From contig DASXQR010000063.1 of assembly GCA_036507075.1 (NCBI GenBank), positions 1 to 36,894 of the forward strand: a stretch of DNA of 36,894 nt, in the 5' to 3' direction. A program made the position numbers and the translations under genes. The DNA comes from Acidobacteriota bacterium. Lineage in GTDB: Bacteria > Acidobacteriota > UBA6911 > JACQSX01. Below the pieces are notes generated by a model. That model had not been told where the DNA came from. It saw nothing but the letters and a program-made list of their open reading frames with translations, and did not search any database. Position 1 is the stretch's first letter, and each line of letters begins with the position of its first letter. Positions 18,839 to 27,003 of the stretch are shown in pieces.

Positions 18839-19843
18839 TTATTTTCTTAACGGAAGCCTTACCATGCGTTTTTCCGCAGATGACTGGTGCACCGCCAACG
18901 CCACCTCGAGGTCCGCTCGGGCTTCCTCCCCGCTCATTAAAGGAGCGCGGTCCTCCTCAATCGCGCCGATGAAGTCTTGATTCTCGAGCACGCGGCGCAA
19001 GGTGGTCCGGCCGTGCTCACCTTCGTGGGCGGCGATGGGCGCACGATAGGAGCGCTCTTCCTGATTGTCCAGACGACGAATGGCCAGCGTCTCATCATCG
19101 CGAGCGATGATGGTGGCCTCGGTGCCCATCGCCCCTCTTTCGATGAAGGGATAAGCAAATTGCACGCTCCCGTCGACCACGCCCGTCGCGCCATTTTCAA
19201 ATTCGATCAGCGAATGCATGGTGACGTCGTAATTCGGCAATCGCGGACTGAAATGCACCTGCGCACATACTGAAACCACGTTTCCACCGATGTAGCGCAC
19301 CGTATTGATCTCGTGAGTCTGCCACTCCATGATGTAGCCGCCGCTTTTTGTCGGATCCCATCGCCACGGCGGATCGAAGGCGAGATCGGATGACTCGTAT
19401 CGACGGCTCCACACGCAGGTCGGGGTGCCGATTGCGCCGCTTCCAATCAGCCGCTTCATCTCGCGGTATACAGGATAGAAACGGATCATCTCTCCCACCG
19501 CAAGTTTGACTTTGTTTTTTTGCGCGGCTGCCAGGATGACATCGGCATCGTCTAGCTTAAGCGCGATCGGCTTTTCCAGAAATACATGCTTACCGGCATT
19601 AAGACAGGCTACCGCGTGATCCCGGTGCAGAAACGGGGGGGTGCAAACCCAAACGACATCGACATGGTCGAACATCTGATGGAAATCGCCGAAGGCGCGT
19701 CCGCCAAATTCGCTGGTTATCGCTTCGGCGCGTTCCAGCACCGGGTCGGCTGCCGCTTCGATGCGCGCGCCCTGTATCCGCGCCAGGGCGATGGCGTGCG
19801 CCAGGGCTATGCCTCCGGCTCCAAAAAACCCCACTCTTAGCAT
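18839..19843 (-). CDS. Gfo/Idh/MocA family oxidoreductase
   Basis: VGFFGAGGIA, CTPPFLH, HVFLEKP and SGGYIMEWQTHE motifs. SD GGAGG. Confidence 0.92.
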   Translation of the reverse strand: MLRVGFFGAGGIALAHAIALARIQGARIEAAADPVLERAEAITSEFGGRAFGDFHQMFDHVDVVWVCTPPFLHRDHAVACLNAGKHVFLEKPIALKLDDADVILAAAQKNKVKLAVGEMIRFYPVYREMKRLIGSGAIGTPTCVWSRRYESSDLAFDPPWRWDPTKSGGYIMEWQTHEINTVRYIGGNVVSVCAQVHFSPRLPNYDVTMHSLIEFENGATGVVDGSVQFAYPFIERGAMGTEATIIARDDETLAIRRLDNQEERSYRAPIAAHEGEHGRTTLRRVLENQDFIGAIEEDRAPLMSGEEARADLEVALAVHQSSAEKRMVRLPLRK

Positions 19844-20020
19844 GATCCTCCGCTATTCTGCTGCGCTTCCGCCCCGGCACATACAGTCGGGCTTGCGAGT
19901 GAGACCGAAATTACAGGATCTGTATGCGGCAAGGCATTATGGGTCGTCAAACTGCCCGGCAATCCGCTGTCAGGCGTCCGTAACTCTTCGTGCTTTGAAA
20001 TACAATATTTTGTCTCAGGA

Positions 20021-20050
20021 ATTCTAAGTGTCCGGAACGCGCCAAGTCAA
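20021..20050 (-). promoter_or_regulatory. sigma70-type promoter of the oxidoreductase/NTF2 operon
   Basis: TTGACT-N18-TAGAAT on the minus strand, implying a leader of about 170 nt before ATG 19843. Confidence 0.55.
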
Positions 20051-20232
20051 CGAAACTTTAATTTGTAATGTTGACCGCCTTTCGATTTTCCGAAGCCCGG
20101 CCTCAGCTTTGTTAACGGTTTGATGTCTCGCTGCTCCTACTCCTTTTGGCGTTGTCTTCTGTACGAAGAATCCCCAGCGACCCTGAGGGAATAATGGGCC
20201 CATATCCTTTCAGAAAGTCGTATTTGTTTTAC

Positions 20233-20261
20233 TTGACAAACAAACTGGGCTGTCATATTTA
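20233..20261 (+). promoter_or_regulatory. promoter, copy 1 of a shared motif
   Basis: TTGACA-N17-TATTTA. The -35 box is flanked by the inverted repeat TTTGTTT-N8-AAACAAA. Confidence 0.55.
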
Positions 20262-20412
20262 ACGCGGCAGATACGTTCCGGTGGTGCCCGTCACAGGTGG
20301 GGGTGTCTTTTTGCAACATCAAATTGGTATGGAGGAGCGGTGGCCATCGGGCCCTGTACTTCCAACCGGGCCCACATTATCAAAAAGGGATTTATTCAGG
20401 GAAGGAGATACG

Positions 20413-20814
20413 ATGGGACAGGTTTCTTTAACAGACGCACGGAGAGTGATCGCGGCAGCGGAAAAGAAAGCTACTGAAATCGGACAACCAATGAACATTG
20501 CCGTGGCCGACGAAGGTGGCAACATTGTGGCTCACGTTCGGATGGACGACGCATGGATTGGCAGTATCGATATTTCCCAGAAGAAAGCTTTCACCTCTCG
20601 CGCCTTCGATATCGCCACAAAGGATTTGGCAACCCATTCGCAGTCGGGTGGGCAATTCTTTGGAATCCACGCGTCCAACAGTGGCAAGATTATGATCTTC
20701 GCCGGCGGGATTCCCTTGAAGAAAGACGGCAAGGTCGTGGGCGCAATCGGCGTGAGCGGCGGATCCGGTGAACAGGACCACGCCGTGGCAGCCGCGGGTG
20801 CTGCCGCGTTCTAG
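20413..20814 (+). CDS. GlcG/HbpS family heme-binding protein
   Basis: PMNIAVADEGG, RMDDAWIGSIDISQKKAFT, GGIPL and GAIGVSGGSGEQD motifs. Start ATG 20413 with SD AAGGAG. Confidence 0.92.
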   Translation: MGQVSLTDARRVIAAAEKKATEIGQPMNIAVADEGGNIVAHVRMDDAWIGSIDISQKKAFTSRAFDIATKDLATHSQSGGQFFGIHASNSGKIMIFAGGIPLKKDGKVVGAIGVSGGSGEQDHAVAAAGAAAF

Positions 20815-20834
20815 TGTCTCCAGGTTGTGTCACT

Positions 20835-21177
20835 ATGTGTGGAATTATCGGCTATCTTGATAAGTCCGGAAACGTAAACAACCCGGTTGGAGAAATTCTC
20901 CTCCCAATGCTCAAGACTCTGTGCAACCACTGCCCTGACTCGGCCGGAGTCGCTGTCTTTGGCAGGTCTCACGCGCCCCGCTTTGTCCTTCAATCAAATT
21001 GGGCGAGCGCTGGAACCTGGAGGATAAAGGGAGATCGGTGGCTGAACATCTGCGGCAATTTGTACGTGTGCATGTTTACAACGGTCTATTCCGAAAACCG
21101 TGGACCTCTTCCCGATACAACAACTACTTACGTGTGTTGAGGGACTAGGACAAGGTCTCGAATTGGTAAGCGCGGGT
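20835..21177 (+). pseudogene. glxB: 5' fragment of a class II (Ntn) glutamine amidotransferase, GlxB/MgsA-like
   Basis: Starts MCGIIGYLDK. The RGPDSAG motif has decayed to HCPDSAGVAVFG. Homology-like text continues across frameshifts (KLGE near 20996; VEGLGQGLELVSAG to 21177) and then stops. Confidence 0.7.
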
Positions 21178-21182
21178 GTTCG

Positions 21183-21387
21183 GTTTATCAGATCTCTTAC
21201 GAGGGAACTGCAGGCCGAAGGCATCGAATTATTACCCGCAAATCTAAACGAAGCGCTTGATGCCCTGGGTGATGATCCCGTCATAATGAACGCGCTCGGC
21301 TCCCTTTATGGCGGCTACTATCTCAAGGTCAAGCGCGAGGAGTGGAATGAGTATCATGACTGGGTCTCTCAGTCGGAAGTCCACCGC
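21183..21387 (+). pseudogene. glnT: 3' fragment of a glutamine synthetase-family ligase (GlnT / gamma-glutamylmethylamide synthetase-like)
   Basis: YQISYE(frameshift)ELQAEGIELLPANLNEALDALGDDPVIMNALGSLYGGYYLKVKREEWNEYHDWVSQSEVHR matches the GS C-terminal pattern LP.nL.EAL..L..D......LG....y...K..EW..Y...VS.WE. No N-terminal or catalytic domain. Confidence 0.78.
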
Positions 21388-21448
21388 AGTTTTTATTGCG
21401 GCTACGGCTGTGGAGCGCGAGAAACCTACGCACTCCTGAAGAGCAAAT

Positions 21449-22912
21449 ATGAGCTTTTCGTTTGTTGACTGGTCGATTCTAACTGTCTATCTCTTCCTGG
21501 TCTTCTACCTCGGAATCCTGGGCAGAAAGTACATCAAGAAGTCCGCTGACTTCCTGGTCGCTAACAGGACTGTGGGCCCGTGCATGGGGACGATATCCCT
21601 GTTAGGCGCCGAAATAGGCATTCTGAGTTTCGCCTACTTTGCTGAAATGGGGTTCCTCTATGGCTATACAGCCTTTGTGGCAGGTCTGATTCCGCCGGCA
21701 GTCTATTTCTTTTTGGGTAAGACTGGTTTCGTAATCAAAAGATTTTGTGAACTGGAACTGGTCACTGTTCCGCAATATTTCGAGAAAAGATATGGTCGTA
21801 ATGTGCGTATTTTGACAGGTATCCTTATGGCAGTGGGAGGGGTACTGAACTTCGGTGTGTTTCCAATCATCGAGGCGACTTTCTTGAACATACTCACCGG
21901 TATACCGCAGGCCTATATTATTGGCACCATGTCTTTTTTGTTGACGATGGTACTCCTGTACACAGCGCTGGGGGGAATGATCTCCGTGCTGCTGACCTCC
22001 TACGTTCAATATATCGTTAAGGTGATGGGGATGATACTTATCTCCCTTTACTGTTTTGACATCGTCGGCTGGAGTCGAATGGTGGAAGCGGTGACGAACC
22101 GCATGGGCGAATCAGGCTTCAATCCCTTTAAACATCCCTCTTTTGGTGTGAGTTTCATTCTGTGGCAGGTTCTATCCTGGCTGGCGGCCTTGACGACTTG
22201 GGCACCGGTTGTTGCGCGCCTGTTTTCTTCGGAAAACGCAGAGGTCGGTCAGAAGGTTTTTCGCTGGACAGGCTGGCTTTTCCTGGGGCGAAGCATGTTG
22301 CCCTTTATTTGGGGGATCGCCGCGCTCGCCTATGTCGGAACTGCCAAGGTGATTGCAATCCAGGCGATGCCATTATTTCTAAAAGATATCCTGCCAACCG
22401 GCATAAAAGGACTAATTGTCGCTGCCATGCTGGCTGCTTCTATGTCCACAAACAGCAGTTATCTGCTGGCTTGGAGTTCGGTCATTTCTCAGGATGTTGT
22501 CATTCCTTTGATGCGGCGCCCCGTCAGTGCAAAAATGGACCTGATCATAAACCAGATCACGGTTGTTGTGCTGGCAGTATTCATTATCGTCTGGGGGTTA
22601 TTTTATGTGATACCAGGTGCCACATATTTTTACTTGTTCATGACTGCAAATATCTTTCTGGCAGGGACGTTTTGGGCGCTGGTTGGAGGGCTCTACTGGA
22701 GACGGGCCCACAGAATTGGAGCTTACTCTTCTCTGATTTTGGGAGCTAGTTGTACGCTATTTTATTTTTTTATTCCTAATCCTCAGGAATGGAGCAGTTT
22801 CATTGGAATGGCAAGTTATGTGCTTGCGTTTGTGGGAATGGTTGCGGGCTCTCTGGTTGGGACAGCCCCGCGTTCACTAATTCACGTGGCAGCCGGGCCA
22901 CGCGAGAGCTGA
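21449..22912 (+). CDS. sodium:solute symporter (SSS) family transporter
   Basis: DWSILTVYL, DFLVANR, TVPQYFEKRYG, YTALGGMISV and GLIVAAMLAASMST motifs; about 13 hydrophobic segments. Confidence 0.93.
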   Translation: MSFSFVDWSILTVYLFLVFYLGILGRKYIKKSADFLVANRTVGPCMGTISLLGAEIGILSFAYFAEMGFLYGYTAFVAGLIPPAVYFFLGKTGFVIKRFCELELVTVPQYFEKRYGRNVRILTGILMAVGGVLNFGVFPIIEATFLNILTGIPQAYIIGTMSFLLTMVLLYTALGGMISVLLTSYVQYIVKVMGMILISLYCFDIVGWSRMVEAVTNRMGESGFNPFKHPSFGVSFILWQVLSWLAALTTWAPVVARLFSSENAEVGQKVFRWTGWLFLGRSMLPFIWGIAALAYVGTAKVIAIQAMPLFLKDILPTGIKGLIVAAMLAASMSTNSSYLLAWSSVISQDVVIPLMRRPVSAKMDLIINQITVVVLAVFIIVWGLFYVIPGATYFYLFMTANIFLAGTFWALVGGLYWRRAHRIGAYSSLILGASCTLFYFFIPNPQEWSSFIGMASYVLAFVGMVAGSLVGTAPRSLIHVAAGPRES

Positions 22913-22943
22913 TCCTCATGCTGGCAGAATACAGCGAGTAGAA

Positions 22944-23084
22944 ATGGCGAGTAATCTGTGGCTGGACTTTTGGAGTGCGACTCTCCTGATAGCGAGTGTC
23001 TCCTTTGTCGTCTTGTCAGGCTACATAGTCGGCAAGGGTTACTTTGAATTAAGAGCCATGTTGCGACGGCTGCACAGGAACTAG
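22944..23084 (+). CDS. small single-pass membrane protein (46 aa), probable SSS-transporter partner
   Basis: Translated by hand (below the ORF-track cutoff): MASNLWLDFWSATLLIASVSFVVLSGYIVGKGYFELRAMLRRLHRN. One TM helix plus a basic amphipathic tail, starting 31 nt after the SSS stop. Confidence 0.7.
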   Translation: MASNLWLDFWSATLLIASVSFVVLSGYIVGKGYFELRAMLRRLHRN

Positions 23085-23177
23085 GGGTTCTTAGGTTTCT
23101 ATCGGAGCCCCTCTTAACACGATTGTGGTGAAACAAAGAAAGATAGCCTCCTTCGGCAACTCGACGGGAGGGGTATC

Positions 23178-24254
23178 ATGGCCATCAAAGTAGCGGTGCC
23201 TGAAGGAAAAGCGGCGCTGACTGAGTTCATCCAGTTCTACGATCAAGTCTATGCCTACCGAGACGCGAGATGGCCGGCAGCGCTGGAAGTCCAGCTGCCA
23301 ATTCTAATCGGCGATAGCCCGTTTTTGCAGGACCGGGAGATATGCCCTTTTGTCGCATCTGCTGGGAGTAACGTTCTCGCACGCGCAGTTGCAGTGGTGG
23401 ACGCCCGCTACAATCGTCAGTGGAAAGAGCATCTCGGCCATATTGTCATGTTTGAAGCGATGCCGGATACCGGCAGCGCGACGAAAGTTCTGATAGACAC
23501 GGCTTGTGACTGGCTCCGCGACAAAGGCGCCAAAGCGGCACGGGCGGGCTTTGGTTTACAGGATTCCCCGTTCGTCATCGATGATTATGAATCGTTGCCG
23601 CCTGTTTTCGCGCGACAAAATCCCCACTATTATCACCGACTTCTCAAAGAGGCGAGCTTCGAATCCGAAAAAGGCTGGGTGGACTACAAGATCGAGGTCA
23701 AACCCGAATTGGTGGACCGGTGGAAAGACTTTTTGGAGACTGCGAGAAGCGCAGGTTATGAAATCGTGCCGCTGAAAGATCTGTCCGAAAAGCAGCGGTT
23801 GCGGGACTTTGCGACCACGTGGAAGGAGACGTTCAAACGCCATTGGGGATTTACTCCGTTCCTTGATGATGAGGTGTCCGTCTTTTTCGAACTGTTCGGG
23901 CCGGCGGGCATGTTCGACACATCCGTGATCGCCTACCGCTATGGTGCTCCCGTTGGAGTGCTGTTTGTCGTACCGGAGGTCACGGCAAAGGCTGCTCTCA
24001 ATCGTGGGCGAGCATTGAAGGATTCCGAGAAGCTCAACACACTTGCAATCGGTGTTCGCGAAAGTGCGCGCGGTCATGGGGTGAACCTGGCAATGACTGC
24101 TTACGCGTATCTTGAGATGGCTCGTCGGGGTGCAAAGTATTTGAGTTATACACTGGTCCTTGATGACAATTGGCCTTCGCGGCGTACTGCAGAAAAGCTA
24201 GGTGCATTCGTTTGTGCCAACTACATCGTCTACCGCCGGAATTTCCATCGGTGA
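23178..24254 (+). CDS. tandem-domain GNAT family N-acetyltransferase (YghO-like)
   Basis: ARAVAVVD, GHIVMFEA, NPHYYHRLL...GWVDY, HWGFTP, IGVRESARGHGVN (acetyl-CoA loop) and VLDDNWPSRRTAEKLGA motifs. SD GGAGG. Confidence 0.8.
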   Translation: MAIKVAVPEGKAALTEFIQFYDQVYAYRDARWPAALEVQLPILIGDSPFLQDREICPFVASAGSNVLARAVAVVDARYNRQWKEHLGHIVMFEAMPDTGSATKVLIDTACDWLRDKGAKAARAGFGLQDSPFVIDDYESLPPVFARQNPHYYHRLLKEASFESEKGWVDYKIEVKPELVDRWKDFLETARSAGYEIVPLKDLSEKQRLRDFATTWKETFKRHWGFTPFLDDEVSVFFELFGPAGMFDTSVIAYRYGAPVGVLFVVPEVTAKAALNRGRALKDSEKLNTLAIGVRESARGHGVNLAMTAYAYLEMARRGAKYLSYTLVLDDNWPSRRTAEKLGAFVCANYIVYRRNFHR

Positions 24255-24491
24255 CGATAACAGGTTCTGTCGACCACTGATCGTTGGGAGGATCTTTAAT
24301 CAGTGACTGTCTCGAAAGCTTCTCTCGAGCACTAGAGAAAGGATATCGCGTTTTTAAGAAAACCGACCTTGCTTATGTGTGGCATCATCATTTCTGGCGA
24401 TTGTGCGGAAATGGAGGTAACTATAACTGGTCGGCAAAATCTGGGTCTGTAGTCTCGATCTAAAACCTCGTCGTCGCTGGAATAAGCCACC

Positions 24492-25787
24492 ATGAACTTG
24501 TCTGAGATCTCCGCAGAAAAATGCATGGAGACCATCCATCATCTCGACTGCATCGGAGCTCGAGTGGCGGGCACCCCTTGCGAGGCGAAAGCTGCAAGGT
24601 GGATCGAACAACAGTTTAGAAGACTGAATCTTATCAACATTCATCGGCAGGACTTTCCCTGCTTGAGCTTCGGGCACACCAACTGTCTTGTTTCGATCTT
24701 GACTGGAAATCGCTGGAGGCGGATCGCCTCAGAACCAGCGGCCCATTCTCCAGCAACTCCCGTCGGAGGAATCGAAGGGGAATTAATCTTTGTAGAAAAG
24801 GTCCCATCTGACGCCCTTGCCTTTCGATCGATGCAGGGCAAAATGCTGTTGATATACGGTTCCGAACTGTTTCAGTTAAAGCGTCTACAGCAGGTGATGG
24901 AATCCAAACCAGCAGGAATCTTGTTGGTGGATGATCGTTTTCCCAACGATTGGACCGTCGCTGTAGGCTTTCCCCGCTACTGGGTGAACTTCATCACCTG
25001 CCCTGTAGTTAATATTCCTTACATGGTGGGTTGGAGAATCGTGAGCGAGCAGGTAAAAGCAGTACGTCTCAACCTTCAGTCATCTGTCAAACGGGCAAAA
25101 TCTCAGAATGTCATAGGAGAAATTGCAGGAGACCGATTCCCCGAAAAAGTTATTGTTATTTCGGCACACCACGACACCGTGCCCAACAATCCAGGTGCCG
25201 ACGACAACGGCTCGGGCATTGCGGTCATGCTCGAATTGGCCCGGACCTTTGCTGCCGTCCGGTCGAGACGCACTCTGCGCTTCATATCTTTTGGGACTGA
25301 AGAACAGCTTTCAGAGGGAGCGAAGCACTATGCTTTTGGCGCTGGTGACGTAAGCCAAATACAAATGGCTGTGAATATCGACAGCGTTGGTGCTTGGATG
25401 GGTCAAACTCGCATTTACTGTGTGGGGACAAAGGCACTTCGGAAAACCATCGAACAGATCAACAATGAGATGGCTTTCCCGGGACACATAATCTCGGAGG
25501 TCTCTCCTTTCAGCGATCACTTTCCCCTGAATTTGCAGGGCGTACCTGGTGTTTGGTACTACCGAACAACCTTCGGATCGGCTCGTCACTATCACCACAG
25601 CGTTTTGGAAACCGTCGACGTAGTCTCGCCCTGGGTTTTAGAGAGGACAGTCCGAGCCATCGCGCGCCTCCTTGAAGTCATCGCCAATAGCGAACCGATG
25701 CCCTTTCCACGCACCATCCCGGCGGTTCAGAAAAGGGCGCTGAATAAAATGGCCAAACAATGGACAGGCATTAACATGCGTCGGTGA
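24492..25787 (+). CDS. M28 family Zn-peptidase/amidohydrolase with PA insert, apparently cytoplasmic
   Basis: Intact ligands SAHHDT, GADDNGSG, GTEEQ, NIDSVG, SDHFP and HYHH; no signal peptide. Confidence 0.9.
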   Translation: MNLSEISAEKCMETIHHLDCIGARVAGTPCEAKAARWIEQQFRRLNLINIHRQDFPCLSFGHTNCLVSILTGNRWRRIASEPAAHSPATPVGGIEGELIFVEKVPSDALAFRSMQGKMLLIYGSELFQLKRLQQVMESKPAGILLVDDRFPNDWTVAVGFPRYWVNFITCPVVNIPYMVGWRIVSEQVKAVRLNLQSSVKRAKSQNVIGEIAGDRFPEKVIVISAHHDTVPNNPGADDNGSGIAVMLELARTFAAVRSRRTLRFISFGTEEQLSEGAKHYAFGAGDVSQIQMAVNIDSVGAWMGQTRIYCVGTKALRKTIEQINNEMAFPGHIISEVSPFSDHFPLNLQGVPGVWYYRTTFGSARHYHHSVLETVDVVSPWVLERTVRAIARLLEVIANSEPMPFPRTIPAVQKRALNKMAKQWTGINMRR

Positions 25788-25955
25788 GTGATGAGAGACG
25801 ACCCAGCATCTCTATTGGCGCGTGGCGCGAGCGATATAGTGACTTACCCAGCTGGGGTACCTGCCGCAGTCAGTAGTCTGCAATATTTGATTGGGTCTGA
25901 AAACTTTCCAGTGTACGCCGGCCAGCTCGGTCAAAGTTTAATTTGTAAAAATTGA

Positions 25956-25983
25956 TTGACAGCGTGCCGGCTTTGATCAAAAT
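25956..25983 (+). promoter_or_regulatory. sigma70-type promoter very close to the start codon
   Basis: TTGACA-N16-CAAAAT ending 8 nt before ATG 25992. Confidence 0.5.
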
Positions 25984-25991
25984 GAGGCGCT

Positions 25992-26936
25992 ATGCGACGG
26001 ATTGATCGACGAAGTCTCCTGCAGAATTCTTTTGCGGCAACCGGAATGGCTGCATTTTCGCCGGCACTCAATTCTTTAGGCACAAACAGCCTGCCGGGCG
26101 TCGAAGAACAGCGGGTGGGAGTCACAACCGCGCGCGATCGGATGTGGATTTTTACCGTGGAAGCGGGCCTCACAGATGATTACCTCGAGGCTGGAGGTGT
26201 GCGCGGCGGGTCTCGTATGACGCCGGCCGAGGGGGCATTTTATCTCAACCTGCCTAACCTCATCTTTGTCCGGGCGGATGGGCGCCCTCCATTGCCGAAA
26301 TTGCAAGGATGGCGCAGCAAGGCAACCTTTGATCAATATGCGATTTCCTTCCGTCCGCTGCAACGCGTGGTGTGGTCGATTGGCAGCAGCAGCGGCGTGG
26401 AGCAGGATGAGCTTCTCTCTGTCCTTAGTGTTGCGGGGCGCTTTCCCAATATTGTAGGCGTCTACCTGGATGATTTTTTTACTCAGGAAGGAAAGGCCAT
26501 GTTATCGACCGAGAAACTGGCGGCTCTGCGTGAACGGTTAAACGTTCCCGGTAGAAAGCTGGAAGTCTGGTCGACGTTGTACACCCACCAGCTGAACTAC
26601 CCGTTGGCCTCGTATCTGGAATTGTTTGATGTCACAACCTTATGGACATGGAATTCGGATGAATTGAAAGACCTTGAAGGTAATCTGGAAAAGCTTGAAA
26701 AAATTCGCCCGCGAACTCGGAAGGGGCTTGGCTGTTATATGTGGGATTTTCTCAATCACAGGCCGGTGTCAGTGCAGCAAATGGAGCTGCAATGCAAAGC
26801 CGGGCTGGAGTGGCTGACCAAGGGAAGGGTGTCCCACATGATATTCCTGGCCAGCTCAATGTGCGATGTCGGCCTGGAAGTCGTCGACTGGACGCGCCAG
26901 TGGATCCAACAAGCCGGCAAACAGCGCCTGGGCTGA
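25992..26936 (+). CDS. Tat-exported protein of unknown function (probable TIM-barrel, glycoside-hydrolase-like)
   Basis: Twin-arginine signal IDRRSLLQ; motifs SRMTPAEGAFYL, GVYLDDFF, TLYTHQL, TLWTW and GCYMWDF with alternating beta/alpha pattern. Confidence 0.7.
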   Translation: MRRIDRRSLLQNSFAATGMAAFSPALNSLGTNSLPGVEEQRVGVTTARDRMWIFTVEAGLTDDYLEAGGVRGGSRMTPAEGAFYLNLPNLIFVRADGRPPLPKLQGWRSKATFDQYAISFRPLQRVVWSIGSSSGVEQDELLSVLSVAGRFPNIVGVYLDDFFTQEGKAMLSTEKLAALRERLNVPGRKLEVWSTLYTHQLNYPLASYLELFDVTTLWTWNSDELKDLEGNLEKLEKIRPRTRKGLGCYMWDFLNHRPVSVQQMELQCKAGLEWLTKGRVSHMIFLASSMCDVGLEVVDWTRQWIQQAGKQRLG

Positions 26937-27003
26937 TCTCCCGAGCTTTCATGAATTCGGTTTGGGAAACCACCGCCCTACCGTCCGCCGACAAGGCAGG
27001 CGT

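Noticed and set aside
23083..23112. Hairpin AGGGGTTC...GAGCCCCT after the small membrane-protein gene as a terminator
   Set aside because: No U-tract follows and the loop is large; at most a processing or stability hairpin.
24375..24452. 25-codon ORF beginning MCGII, like a second Ntn-amidotransferase relic
   Set aside because: Resemblance is limited to five residues, with no RGPD-like motif in the following sequence and no SD.
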